Shown here in pieces: positions 1 through 15,476 of a stretch of 64,000 nt of DNA. The notes under the pieces were generated by a model, which was not told the origin of the DNA, did not search any database, and was given only the letters and a program-made list of their open reading frames with translations. Each line of letters starts with the position of its first letter. Positions within the stretch are counted from its first letter, which is position 1. Position numbers and translations under genes: made by a program. The DNA is taken from the NCBI RefSeq assembly GCF_009914755.1, contig NC_060929.1, one strand, 5' to 3'. This DNA is from the human T2T-CHM13v2.0 reference genome, Homo sapiens.

Positions 1-225
1 GGCTCACTGCAACCTCTACCTCCCAGGCTCAAACGATCCTTCCACTTCCCGAGTAGCTAGGACTACAGGCGCACACCACCACACCTGGCTAATTTTCGTA
101 TATTTTTGTTGAGATGGGGTTTTGCCATGTAGATGAAGCTGGTCTCAAACTCCCGGGCTCAAGCAGTCCTCCCTCCTCAGCCTCCCAAAGTGCTGGGATT
201 ACGGGCGAGAGCAACCACACCCGGC
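1..225 (-). mobile_element. Alu (AluJ-like, cut by window edge)
   Basis: Antisense Alu consensus. Confidence 0.95.
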
Positions 226-905
226 CAGAAATTTATTTTCTCACAGTTCTGGAGGCTAGAAGTCCAAGCTCAAGCTTCCATCAGGCTTGCTTTCTGGCAA
301 GGCCTCTCTTCCTGGCCTGTAGAATGGCCACCTCCTCACTGTGCTCTCACACGGCCTCTTCTCTGCACATGCAGTGAGACAGAGAGAGAGTGGAGGGGAT
401 GCGCTGGTGGGTCTCTTCCTCTTATTATTTTATCTTATTTTATTTTATTTTTGAGATGAAGTCTTGCTCTGTCACCCAGGCTGGAGTACAGTGGCACAAT
501 CTCAGCTCACTGCAACCTCCACCTCCCGGGTTAAACAATTCTCGTGTCTCAGCCCCCCGAGTAGCTGGGATAACAGGTGTGTACCACCACGCCCAGCTAA
601 TTTTTTGTACTTTTAGTAGAGATGGGATTTCACCATGTTGGCCAGGCTGGTCTCGAACTCCTGACCTCAACTGATTCACCCGCCTCGGCCTCCCAAAGTG
701 CTGGGATTACAGTTGCGAACCACCGCGCCCAGCCTCTCTTATTATAAAGACATCAGTTCTATCGGAGTAGGGCCCCTCCCTCGTGACCTCATTTAACCTT
801 CATTACCTCTGTAGAAGCCCTATCTCCAAATCCAGTCACATTGGGGGTTAAGGTTCCAACGTATGAATTTGGGGGGTGGGAGAGACAAATGTAGTCTATA
901 ATTAT
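226..905 (-). mobile_element. MaLR LTR (MLT1A-like) split by an Alu
   Basis: ctcacagttctggaggctagaagtccaag ... ccctatctccaaat..gtcacattggggg. Confidence 0.8.
422..734 (-). mobile_element. AluS
   Basis: Full antisense Alu. Confidence 0.95.
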
Positions 906-1919
906 GGCTATAACCCTAGAGCCATGAGACTAAAATTCTAGTCCCAGTTTTCTCTCTAACCACCTCCGTGACCTTGGGTAGGTGACTTCTCCTTTCTGGG
1001 ACTGAGTTTCTGCTGAATAACTTGGGAACGGGAAAGGCTGCCGCCAGTGCATCTCACCCAGGAGCTGTGATGAGCAATTGAGATGATGGAAGTGAAAGTT
1101 CCGTGACAAGTGGAAAATGCTGAAGTGCCATGCCTAACTGACTTTGTAGACAGGTCTCCTTGCAAAAGACATAGAAACTCCATTCTCAAAGTTCCCTTCC
1201 CTTTACTGGCACTCAACTGATCAATATTTAAGTAGCATGTAGGCCTGAAAATTGGGAGGTAGCTCACAAGACAAAAAGTCCAGTGATTCATGCATGACCA
1301 AGAAGTCACAGAGTTCCCAGTGTCGTCTCATCCTACTCGTCCTCCCTACTTATCCACAGGAACGAGTATATATACAGCTTTGACCTCATAGAAGCCTTCC
1401 CATGTATTTGTAAAGAACATATATGTTATTTATAAAGAATATTAAGTCGCTACATAATCTTTGAGATATTCGTGACATTTAACCTAGTAATTACATTTCT
1501 GGGAAACGATCCTAAAAAAATAATCTGCAGTGCACACACAGATTTATGGACTAGAATGCTCATAATTGTGTTATTTATAATAGTGAAAATATTGGAAACA
1601 ACCTAAATATTCAACTGTGAAAGAACAGTTCATAAATTATAGAATATCCATAAGATGGATTATTATGCGGCCACTTAAAATGATGGGAGTTTCTGCTCTG
1701 ATGGTAGGTGAAAAAAAGCAGGGTCCAAAATTACATTTAAGTCTGATCTCAGCTATGTAAATAAAAGACATTTTTAAAAAGACTAGAAGGAACTGTGCCA
1801 AAATGTTAACAGTGGTTACCTCTGCATGGTAAAACTATGGATGACAGGGGTTTTTTTGGTTTGGTTTTGTTTTCCTGTTTGTTCTTTCTCTCTCTTTCAT
1901 TTTCTACAATAGTGAAGTA

Positions 1920-2329
1920 CAGTCATGCATTGCTTAATGACAGGGATACATTCTGAGACCCATCATTAGGGGATTTTGTCATGGGAACATCATAGCGTGC
2001 ACTTACACAAACCTAGATGGCATAGCCTGCTATACAACCAGGCCATATGGTATAGCCTATTGCTCCTGGGCGACAAACCTGTACAGCATCCTACTGTACT
2101 GAATACTGTAGGCAACTGTAACACAATTGTAAGTACTTGTGTATCTAAACATAGAAAGTACAACGCAGTGTGCTACGACGGTACTTGTGTATCTAAACAT
2201 AGAAAGTACAACGCAGTGTGCTACGATGGGCTATGATGCCACTAGGGGACAGGAATGTTTCAGTCTTATGGGATCAGGCATCTGTCTGGTCCCTCGTTGA
2301 CTGAAATGTCATTATATGACACATAACTA
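1920..2329 (+). mobile_element. Tigger3-like DNA transposon relic
   Basis: Terminal inverted repeat (TIR) cagtcatgcattgcttaatgac...gtcattatatgacacataacta, flanked by TA. Confidence 0.8.
2133..2228 (+). repeat. 48-bp tandem duplication
   Basis: Two units GTACTTGTGTATCTAAACATAGAAAGTACAACGCAGTGTGCTACGA(C/T)G. Confidence 0.95.
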
Positions 2330-3199
2330 TATTACTTTAGTCATGGGAAGGTGGGCAAGTGTTAAAAACAGAAAGGAACACAAAAGGAAAAAGAGTTTTT
2401 CCTGGTATGTTAAACAGAGAGTTTTGCAAACTTGACCTCTGTATATATGGCTGACTTTCTCCTCTGACGATGGGAAAACTGGGCTGAAGTTACAGCAACC
2501 AGTTCCAGAATGTGGAAGTTGAGGTGACACAGGTCACTGTTGATCTCTAGCTAGAGTATACTATTAATATTATGCTTAGGAAGTGGCCATCCTGCCAGGG
2601 GTTAAATCCCTTTTCTGTCCCTTCGTAGCTGTGTGAACTTGGGCCACTAAATTTTTCTGCGATGTTGTTGTCTCATCTATAAAGGACAATGATAATGACA
2701 GTTTTTGTGAGCCTTAAATGGGTATTTAGAATGGCACCCATCACAGAGTAGGCAGTCAATGCATGCTAGCCAGAATTACCCTCCTTCTACTGCTAGTGAG
2801 TACTAAGAGGTGTGGTGTTATTTATAATGCCTAGCTTGTGCTTTTAGTTGTATAATGTGTGAAGAGTCTAATTATACTCGTTCTCTAATTATTATCAATG
2901 ATAATAGTCATGTTATACTATTATTGTCTTTTTCCTATCCCCTCTCCCTAGATCGTGAGCCCCTTGTGAATAAGAGCTGGACCTTGTTCTTCACTCAGCC
3001 CTCCAGCATTTGGGAGACACAATCAATGTTTAATTAAACAAATTAGAATTAAACAATTAATAATAATTATCTCATCCTGGCTCAGCGCAAACTTTCAAGC
3101 CCCTCATTGAAGAATCATCTTTGTTGAGTCCCTGTTATGGGAATAATGTTGGACCAGTGATAACTTTGCTTTGTGAACTATTTTCTCAGCAACTTGCTC

Positions 3200-3900
3200 T
3201 TTTCTTTAAAGTTCCGTTTACTTAGGTATAATTTACATATATTAACATTCTCCATTTTTTAAATCTATGGTTCCATGATTTTTGACAAGCACACACAGTG
3301 GAATAACCACTTGCACAGTCAAGACCACACCAAAAACTTTCCTCCTATCTCTTTGCATTCAGCCACTCCCCTCACTCCTGGAATCACTGGTCTATTTTAC
3401 GTCCGTCTCAAGTTGCCTTTTCCAGAATGTCATATAAATAGAACTACACAGGATATAGACTCTGGATATGGTTTCTTTCACTTAGCTTAGTGCATTTAAG
3501 ATTCATCCAGGTCTCTGCATTATCAATATTTCCTTCCTTTTTATTGTTCAGTAGTACTCCATTGTATAGATGTATCATTGTGGGTTTATTCAGTCACCCG
3601 TGAAGGATATTTGGGTGTTTCAGTTTTTGATGATTATGAATAAAGTCACTATATATATATATTCAGGTTTTATGTTAACACAATCTTTCGTTTCTATAGG
3701 GTGAAAGCAATTCCAATGGGTATTGTGGTTAAGTGTATGTTTCACTTTACAAGAAACTGCAAAAAATATTTTCCAAAGTGGTTGTAAAATTTTGCCTTCC
3801 CACAAGCAGGGTATGAAAGTTCTGGTTGCTCTGCATCCTTGTCAGCACTTGGTATTGCCAGTTCTTTTGATTTTAGCCATTGTAATGGATGTGTAGCTTC
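3200..3900 (-). mobile_element. Old L1M 3' fragment
   Basis: Typical antisense L1M 3' motifs (tttccaaagtggttgt, cagcacttggtattg, tttagccatt). Confidence 0.7.
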
Positions 3901-5788
3901 TTAGCAATTATCTTGCTCTTCAAATACTCCATGATGTAGCCAGGTAGGATGATTATATCCATTTTGATGAAAGGAATTAAAGTCTAAATAGAGTCTTTTA
4001 CTCAAGTTTTATGGATATATTAAAGACTTTAGTCTTTATTTCTGTTTTTTTTAAATAATTCACAAGAGAAGCAAATCTCCCTAAACCCTGGATAACTCAC
4101 AAAGCTCTTGAAATCATTCATTCAGCAAGCATTCAATGAGTACCTATTATGTGCCCAGCATATGCTAAAATCTACAGAGATTCTGAGATAAGGTTTCCAC
4201 TATAACAATTATGGTAGAGGGAGGCGCATAAAAGAAAGGAGCTGATAGGAACTGACAAGTAAATTAAGTGACCGATTACAGAGGAGGATCAAGTTTATTG
4301 ACATATGACTTTTGTCCTTTGATTTGTCAGCATTGGGTACTGTCACCAACGTGGTGCATAATAACTACTATCATATCTGGAGCACCCTGATTGGTTCCAA
4401 GCACAGTGCCTACATCATCTCATTTAATGCCCATAATAGTCCCATGAAGAGATCTTAGGTTAAACTATGAGGAAGTGTTGATTTTGTAGGTCAGAAACAG
4501 TTAAGCATTGGTAATGTCATATGGTTCAACTGAATAATAATAGTTACTATTGATTGGACAAAGCTTACAATGTGCCCAGTGCATTATCTCATTTTATCCT
4601 CTCTGGTAGGTACTACTGATACTCCTACTTTACAGATGAGGCAACTGTGCCTGGAGGTAGTGGTACAATGGGAACTAGAAAATATTCATATGGTAGCCAG
4701 GTTGGAGCTGAAGCCTGGATTCAAACCACAATGTGAGTAACATTAAAGTCACTGTCTATAACAACAGTGCTACTCTGATATTACCATAGATGAGCAAACT
4801 GAGGCCTGAAGAGGTGATATTGCCTGAGGGGGCCATGGACTGTCATACCAAGGTTCATGGGTCATCCCAGCTTCAAACTCCTGGCCAAATAAGTTTTTCT
4901 CATTGCCTCGTCACTCTGGAAATTGGGCTGAATTCAGGAGGCCTGTCCTTGGAAACACTTAACATCTGAATGATGCCCCCTTAGCTCAAAGAACAGCCAG
5001 TAAAGAGGCACCAATGCCTATTTTCTCCCATTTGACCCTAATAGAAACATTTTTTTAATTAATAAACTTTATTTTTAGAGAAGTTTTAGGTTCATAGCAA
5101 AATTGAGAATCTAGTACAGAGAGTTCCCATGTATCTTCTGGCACACATAAACAAAACCTCTCCCCCAACTATCTATATCTCGCACTGTAGATTTGTTACA
5201 ATTGATGAACTTATATTGACACATCATCACCCCAAATTCATAGTTTACCTTAGGCTTCACTCTTGACACATTCTATGGGTTTTAATAAATGTATGCCATG
5301 TATCCACCATTACAGTGACATATGGAATAGTTTCACTGCCCTAAAAATCCTCTGTGTTCTGCCTATTCATCCCTTCCTCCCCACTAATTCTTGACCATCG
5401 CTAATCTTTTTTACTGTCTTCACACTTTTGCCTTTTCCAGAATGCATGCAGTTGGAATTGCACAGCATGAAGCCTTTTCAGACTGGCTTCTTTCAGTTAG
5501 TATTGGCATCTAAGTTTCCTCTATGTCTTTTCATGGCTTGATAGCTTACTTCTTTATTCCATTGTCTATATATACTGCAGTATATATATTAATTCCCCTA
5601 TTAAAGGATATTTTGGTTGCTTCCAAGTTTTTGGCAATTATGAATAAAGCTAGATTATGAATAAACATTAGTGTGCAGGTTCTTGTGTGGACATAAGTTT
5701 TCAATTCATTTGAGTAAATACCAAGGAGCCTGATTGCTGGATGGTAAAATAAGAGTATGTTTAGTTGTGTAATAAACTGCCAGACTTT

Positions 5789-6165
<377 letters not shown>

Positions 6166-6524
6166 CTATTGCTCCACATCCTCATCGGCATTTGATCTTG
6201 TCAGTGTTTTGGATTTGGGCCATTGTAATAGCTATGTAGCGGTATCTTGCTGTTTTAATCAACAATCCTCTAATAACATATGATATTGAACATCTTTTTA
6301 TATGCTTCCTTTCCATCTGTGTATCTTCTTTGGTAAGGTGTCTGTTCAGGTCCTTTGCCTATTTTTCATTTGGGTTGCTAATTTTCTTATTGTTGAGTTT
6401 TAACAGCTCTTGATATTTTTGGATAAATGTTGTTTATCAGATATGTTTTCTGCAAATATTTTCTCCCAATTCATGGCTTATGTTCTCATTCTCTTGATAT
6501 TGTCATCACACAGCAGAAGTTTGT

Positions 6525-6841
6525 ATTTATTTTTATTATTATTATTATTTGAGACAAGATCTGGCTCTATCACCCAGGCTGGAGTGCAATGGTGCACTCT
6601 TGGCTCAATGCAACCTCTGCCTCTGGGCTCAGGCCATCCTCTCACCTCAGCCTCCTGAGTAGCTGGGACTACAAGCACGTGCCACCATGACCAGCTAATT
6701 TTTTTTTTTTTTTTTTTTTTTTGGAGAAACCAGGTTTCACCTTGTTGCCCAGGTTGGTCTCAAACTTGGGAGCTATAGCCATCCACCCACCTTGGTCTCC
6801 CAAAGTGATGGGATTACAGATAGAAGCCACCACACCTAGCC
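6525..6841 (-). mobile_element. AluJ
   Basis: Antisense Alu. Confidence 0.93.
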
Positions 6842-7339
6842 AGAAATTTTTAATTTAATGAAGTCCAGCTTATCGATTGTTTCTTGCAAGAATCATGCCT
6901 TTGATGTTGTGTCTAAAAAGTCATCACCATACCCAAGATCATCAAGTTTTCTCCTATGTTGTATTCAAAGAGTTTCACAGTTTTGCATTTTATATTTAGG
7001 TCTATGATCCATTGTGAGTTAATTTCTTAAAGAGGGTAAGATCTGTGTCTAGATTCTTTTTTTTTTACATATGGGTGTCTAGTTTTTTTGTTGTTGTTGT
7101 TGAAATGACTAGCTTTACTCCATTGTATTTGCCTTTGCTTCATTGTCAAAGATCTGTATTTTATGAGTTTTATTTTTGGGTTCTACTACTCCTCATTGAT
7201 CTATTTCTCTATTCTTTCTCCAACACCACAGTCTTGACCGCTATAGCTTTATAGTAAGGCTTGACAGGTCCTCCAACTTCGTTCTCCTTCAATATGGAGT
7301 CGGCTATGCTGGGTCTTTACCTCTCCATATAAACTTTAG

Positions 7340-7683
<344 letters not shown>

Positions 7684-7889
7684 TAATGGAATTGTGTTAA
7701 TTCTACAGATCAAGTTAGGAAGAATTGGCATCTGGACAATAATAAGTCTTCACATTCAGAACATAGAATAGTTCTCTATTTATTTAGTTTTTTTAGTTTT
7801 TGTAGTTTTTCTCATCTAGATCTTGTACATATTTTGTTAGATGTATACCTAAGTGTTTCATTTTGGGGAAGGTGCTAATATAAATGGCG

Positions 7890-8285
7890 TCGTAGTCTGC
7901 TTTCTGTTGCCTGCAACAAAATACCTGAAAACTGGGTAATTGATAATAAAGAAACGCATTTGTTAGAATTGTGGAGGCTAAGAAGTCCAAAGTTGATGAG
8001 CAGCATATGGTGCAGGTTATCTTGCTGGTGGGGACTGTCTGCAGAGTCCCAAGGTGACACAGGGTAGCACATGATGAGAGGACTCAGCATGCTAGTCCAG
8101 TTCCCTTCTCCTCTTATAAGCCACCAGTCCCTTCCCATGATAACCCATTAATCCATTAATCCATGAATAGATTAACCCATTCATGAGGGCAAAGCCTCTT
8201 AAAGGCCCCTCCTCTCACTACTGCCGCATTGTGGATTAAGTTTCAACATGAATTTTTGAGGGGACAAACATTCAAACCAAAGTCA
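7890..8285 (-). mobile_element. MaLR LTR (MST-like)
   Basis: cccattcatgagggc, ggattaagtttcaacatgaattttt, gggacaaacattcaaacca. Confidence 0.8.
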
Positions 8286-8370
8286 TATGTTTTTAATGCA
8301 AATTCCAATTGTTCATTGATGGTATATAGAAAAGTGACTAACTTTTGTATATCAACCTTGTATCTTGTAA

Positions 8371-8748
<378 letters not shown>

Positions 8749-9972
8749 TGAAAGTATTTTTTTAAATCTCCAAGTATCTGGGGATTTTCCACCTATTTTT
8801 CTGTTATTGATTTCTAATTTCATTCAGTTGAAATCTGACTGCAGCCTTTGTATACCTTCTATTATTTTAAATTTGTTAAGGTGTGTTTTATGGCTCAGAA
8901 TGGGGTTTATCTTGGTGAATGTTCCATGACATCTTGAGAATGTATAAATCTGCTGTTGTTGAATGAAGTACTATTGGGTTCAACTATGCCCTTACTGATA
9001 CTCTGCCTGCTTTATCTATCTGTTACCAACAGAGGAATATTGAGGTCCCCAACTATAATGGTGCCTTCATCTATTTCTCCTTGTTGTTCTATCAGCTTTT
9101 GCCTCACATAGTTTGATGCTCTCTGTTAGGTGCATACACTTTAGGACTGTTAGGTCTTCTTGGAATATTGACACCTTCATCATTATATAATGTCTCCCTT
9201 TATTCCTGATAACATTCCTTGCTCTGAAGTCTGCTCTGTTACACTACAATCGCTTTTGATTAGTATTAGCAGAGTGTATTTTTCTCTATCCCTTTCCTTT
9301 TAATCTATATGTGTCTTTATATTTAAAGTTGAGTTTATCGCGGACAACATGTGGTTGAGTCTTCTTTTTTGATCTACTCTGATCTGTCTTCTAATTGATA
9401 TATTTAGATCTTTGACATCTAAAGTGATTGTTGATATAGATGAACTATTACCTATCATATTTGTTACTGTTTTCTATTTGTTGCCCTTATTCTGTTTTCC
9501 TATTTTTGTCTTTCATATTTTCTCTGGCTTTTGTGGCTTTGAGCATTTTTATGATTCTATTTTCTCTCCTTTTTTAGCATATCAAGTTGTCCTAGGGTTT
9601 GGAAAATACATTTACAACTAATCCAAGTCCACTTTCAAATAACACTCTACCACTTCCTGGGTAGTGTGAATACCTTATAATAACAAAATAGTCCTAATTC
9701 CTCCCATTCCTTGTATTATTGCTGTGATTCATTTCTCTGACAGATAATCATGTACATGTATATATAAACATTTATAATTGAATACATATGTTGCTATTAT
9801 TATTTTGAACACAATGTTATCTCTTAGAAGAATTAAGAATAGGAAAAATAAAAGTTTCCATTTTATTGTCATTTATTTATTCTCTGTTGCTCATTTTTTC
9901 TTTATGTAAACCTAAGTTTCTGACCCTTTATCAATTTCATTCTCCCTGAAGAACTTTTAAAAAATATTTATT

Positions 9973-10636
<664 letters not shown>

Positions 10637-12344
10637 TCTCCTTTGTTTTTGAAGAATTCTGTACCATGGTGTACAGAATTCTGGATTGGTGGGATTTTCT
10701 CTTAACACTTTAAATATTACACTCAATTCTCTTCTTGCTTGTATGGTTTCTGAAAAGCTAGCTCCAATTTTTTGCTCTTCCTTAAATAAGGTGTTTTTTT
10801 CCCCCTGGTTTCTTTCAAGATTTTGCCTTTGTGTTTGATTTTCAGAAGTTTTATTATGATATGACTAGGTGTAGTTTTTCGTTTGTTTGTTCATTTTAAC
10901 ATATTCCTCGTGTGTGACTAGGTGTCCCTGTTTTTTGTTTGTTTGTTTGTTTACTTGGCATATATCCTGCCTGGTGTTCTCTGAGCTTTTTGGATCTGTG
11001 GTTTGGTGTCTGGCATTAATCTAGGGAAATTCACTATTGCTTCTGCTCCTTTCTCTTTTTCTTCTCCTTCTGGTATTTTCATTGTGTGTATCTGTACCTT
11101 TTGTACTTGTCTCACAATTACTGGGTATTCTGTTTTATTTTTTCAGTCTTTTCTTCTCTTTGTTATTCAGTTTTGCAAATTTCTATTCTCACATCCTCAG
11201 GCTCAGAGGTTTTTTTCTTAGCCATGTTCAGTCTACTCATGAGCCCATCATAGATTCTTCATTTCTGTAACAGTGATTTTAATCTCTAACATTTCTTTTT
11301 AATTCTTAGAATTCCCTCCTCTCTGTTTACATTATCTATCTGTTCTTGCATGTTGTCTCTTTTTCCATTAAAGCCCTCAGCATATTAATCATATTTAAAA
11401 TGTTTTTCAGTTGGTTGGGCATGGTGGCTCATGCCTGTAATCCCAGCACTTTGGGAGGCCAAGGCAGATGGATCATCTAAGGTCAGGAGTTAAGACCAGC
11501 CTGGCCAACATGGTAAAGCCCTGTCTCTGCTAAAAATAACAAAAATTAGCGGAGTCTTTAGCAGTTTGTCAATTACAGTTCCAGTTTTCTTCCCCCAGCA
11601 CCTCCCAGGAGGTTCCTGCTGGTGGGTTTCTGCTCTGATGTTATGATACTCTGTATCTATCTGTTTCTCCAATTTTGTGGGCAGCAGCTTGCCATATAAC
11701 CTCACTTCTCCACTGGACATGAGAAGAGCTGATTTTTCAGTTCATCAAGCTTTTTACTTGTTGTTACGACCGAGTGGTGACTTCTAAGCTCCTTTCATGC
11801 AGGACTAGAAACCGGAAGTCAAATATTTTTAATAGATAATGATGCAAAATGTATCATAGGAGCCAGCTTCCTGCAGCTGTTTCCCCTCCTCAGCTAGCAG
11901 CCACCCTTCCCTAGGTGCTTTTTCCCCTTTCTAGATAAAGCCCTGGTGGGATTTAGAGGTTACACCAACCTTTTGCAGACATTTCACTCCATTATCTTCT
12001 TTGATCCATTCAAAAAGCCATGTGAACTGGGTGTTAGGATCCCATTTCACAGAAGAGAAAATTGGCATTTTAGGGGTAAACAACTTCCCCAAGGTCACAC
12101 AGCCAGGACACAATTCCAAGAGGGAAAAGGAGGAAAAAAAGATAGAACCCTAGCATGGGAGTTTTCTCCCACGGAGATGACGTGGGGATACAGATTTCAG
12201 AGCAACAACCTTTTGCATTTATAGCCACACCCAAAGGACATCTGGGTCCATGAATTTTTCATTCAGCTCTATGCAAAGCGCTATGACTTGCCCTGGAAAC
12301 AGAGGTTCCTGGGTAAGAGCCCCTGCCTTCTAGAGCCTCACTAG

Positions 12345-12528
12345 CCCAAGTGTGGTCCACAGACCAGCAGCATCAGCAGAACCTGGAGCCTATTAGAAAT
12401 GCAGACTGTCAGTTCCCACCCAGACCTCTTGAATCAGAAGCTGCATTTTAATAAGATCCAAAAAAAAAAAAAAAAAAAAAACCCAAGGTGATTTGGCTGC
12501 TACTTAAAGTCTGAAAAGCATTGCTAGG
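12345..12528. mobile_element. MER5A-like hAT element
   Basis: aagtgtggtccacagaccagcagcatcagca...gaatcagaagctgcatttta. Confidence 0.8.
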
Positions 12529-13366
12529 AGACAGTCCAAACTTGATTTTACATATGGTAAGAGAAAACAAGTGTTTTCCTGGAACGGAAGCTAAGGATTG
12601 GAAAAGCCCAGAAAAAGAGAGATTGGATATAAACAAGGATCGTAGGAGGCTTCATGAAGGAGGGGTTTTGAAGTTGAGCCTTGAAGCAGAAAAGTGCATA
12701 TGAACAAAAGTACAGAGATGGGAAGTGTTTAGTGTTTGGGGAAAGGCAAATGGCCTCATGTGACAAGAGGGAGAGAGCGGGAGGTGAAATTAAGAATAAT
12801 AGGAGCAAATGGTCAAGGATGTTTTCTGTATGGATAATAAGGCAGCTGGAATCCTCTTTGTGAGAGGTCATGAGCTGGTGACCTGTGGGCCAACACAGTG
12901 TTGTAAAAATAATTTGGATTGTAGTTGTGTCCAAAATATTTTCAAAATGTTAAAAATTTAATTATCATAAAAATACATAGTGAGCATTTTCCAGGTTTTA
13001 ATTAACTAATCAGAGAACCAGCAAGATCACCAAGGTGGTTCAAAAAAGGACAGGAAAAACTAGACAAAAGGAACTCTAAAATAAGATTGAGATCCAAACT
13101 GGTTAATAACCTACAGGGCAATAAAACTACATTCTTTGGGGTTATCTTCTCTACCAGACGATAATCGTTTACAGCTTTACTGGACAAAAAAAAAAAAAAA
13201 TCATTGACAATTTATTCGTTTTCTGTAATTTAACATCCAACTTTACAGAGTTATAAAATGTCAGACCCCTAATTAATCACAAACAGTAAACAGCAGGTGA
13301 AACAATCTTGTGTTTCCCTGGAGTTAGACAATGCCCTGAACAGAAAAGACAGTGAGTGGTTAAGGG

Positions 13367-13539
13367 CAGTGATTCTCAAACCTAAGCTTAAAGCAAAATT
13401 CCCTGAAGGGCTCATTACAACACAGAATGCTGATCTCCAACCTCAGAGTTTCTGATTTAGTACATCTGGGGCAGACTGATGATTTGTTCTCAGTTGATGC
13501 AGATGCTATTTACCAGGGAAAACCCTTTGAGAACCACTG
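13367..13539. mobile_element. MER5A-like hAT element
   Basis: TIRs cagtgattctcaaa / tttgagaaccactg. Confidence 0.8.
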
Positions 13540-13918
13540 ATCTTAGATGCCACTGAATGAAAGAAACTGCAGTCATTCTTTTGCCTCATTTCCAAATTTT
13601 GGATATTTTTTCTGAACAGTTGCCAAATGTTCAAAAATCAGAGAAAAAAAATTCCTGATTGTGGCTCTTATGAAAAATTAGAAAGTCAGACAATAGTAAG
13701 TCTAAATTCTCCCGTGGTGACAATTGCTTAAAGCTCAATATCAGTTGCTCCTTTTTTTTTTCACTAACCCTAACCTACATCACTCATTTATTTTGCTGGC
13801 ATTTGATTTTGATATCCCTGCAAAACATGGTGGAAACACAATGCAGAATTTGGAGGAGGAACATGAGTGCAGCTGGTTAACACCTATCTCTGTATCACAT
13901 CTGATCAGCTCAGGCACC

Positions 13919-14097
13919 CAGGGCTGGCTTCCCAGAAGTACAACCCAGGCAGTTGCACAGGGCATCATTCTCAGGAGAGCCTCACACTTGATTTAATGCT
14001 CTGGTATTGCCATTTTGCAATTCTTAATAATTTTTGGAGAAGAGGGTCTCACATTTTCGTTTTGCATTGGGACCCACATATCATGTAACTGTTTTGC
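13919..14097 (+). mobile_element. MER91A-like hAT element
   Basis: cagggctggcttc...tttaatgctctg...aattcttaataattttt...ttttgcattgggaccc. Confidence 0.7.
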
Positions 14098-14709
14098 AGC
14101 CACCTCAAAGTTTGGAATCCACACTTAAAGGTGACCCTCTCATCACCAGATTGCTAAGGAGAGGAGGAGGTAATTCCAGAATCAGAAACCTAGGGGATAC
14201 TTTAGAAACCATCTTGCCCTGCAGATAGGGTCACCATTTCATTTTATAGCTAGGGCTACTAAGGTCCAGAAAGAGGAAATTGACTTCCTCAAGGTCATGG
14301 ACAAATCCTGAAAAGGGAACCAGATTAAAAGTCTGAAGTGGTGAGTCTGCAAGGCTGTGAATACTAAGGCTGCCAGCAAGTTTATGTATCTGATATACCC
14401 CTGCATACCAATATGAAAATTCCTGTTTTTCACTTAGCTCAGTCAACTTTGGGTTGATCTGGTTGAAGCAGGAGAAGGATGTGGATAAAACGGGAAGAGT
14501 GGGGGTGTGATCTTTAAACAGATCAAGAAACTTGTATAAACAGACCCATTTAGAATAAGGATTGTGAAAGGAAAAAATCTTATATATGAACTCCACCCCT
14601 ATGTTTGTTACAAAGGACAGATCTCCACCTAAACCCCTAAATAAACTGCAGAGGCAAAAGCATTCAGGAAAAACCCAGCAATATACTACCCAATTGAAAA
14701 TGGCAATCA

Positions 14710-15476
14710 GCTCAACATCCCTAATCATCAGAGAAATGCAAATCAAAACTACGATGAGATACCACACTCTAGTCAGAATGGCTATTATTAAAAAGACAGA
14801 AAACAACAGATGCTGGCAAGGCTGTGGAGAAAACGGAATGCTTATACATTGCTGGTGGGAATGTAAATTAGCTCAGCCACCGTGGAAAGCAGTTTGGAGA
14901 TTTCTCAAAGGACTTAAATAGAACTACCATCAACCCAGCAATTCCATTACTGGGTATATATCCAAAAGAAAATAAATCATTCTACCAAAAAGACACATAC
15001 ACTCACATGTTCATTGCGGTGCTATTCACAATAGCAAAGACATGGAATCAACTAACCTAGGTGCCCACCAGTGGTAAATTGGATAAAGATAATGTGGTCC
15101 ATATACACCATGAAATACTATGCAGCTATAAAAAAGAATGAAATAATGTTCTTTGCAGCAACATGGATGCAGCTGGAGGCCATTATCCTAAGCAAATTAA
15201 CACAGGAACAGAAAACCAAATACTGCATGTTCTCATAAATAAGTGGGAGCTAAACATTGAGTGCATATGGACATAAATATGGAAACAATAGACAACGGGG
15301 ACTACTAGAGGGGGAAGCGGGGGGGCAAGGGTTGAAAAAAAAGCTATTGGATACCATGCTTACTACCCGGGTAATGGGATCATTCACATCCCAAACCTCA
15401 GCATCATGCAATATACCCATGTAACAAACCTGCACATGTACCCCTGAATCTAAAATGAAAGTTGAAATTATTGTTT
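14710..15476 (+). mobile_element. 5'-truncated L1 (L1PA16/L1PB-like) 3' fragment
   Basis: ORF2 C-terminal peptide [21 protein letters not shown] and L1 3' UTR. TSD AAAATGGCAATCA at 14697-14709 and 15477-15489. Confidence 0.9.

Noticed and set aside
2133-2228. CRISPR-like or coding repeat
   Set aside because: Two abutting units with no spacer, inside a DNA transposon in a mammalian genome.
10862-10965. Diverged ~50-bp doublet starting TGACTAGGTGT
   Set aside because: Old low-complexity duplication inside an L1 with no functional cue.
14231-14806. 191-aa minus-strand ORF
   Set aside because: Starts in antisense L1 and ends in MIR-like sequence; no recognisable protein.
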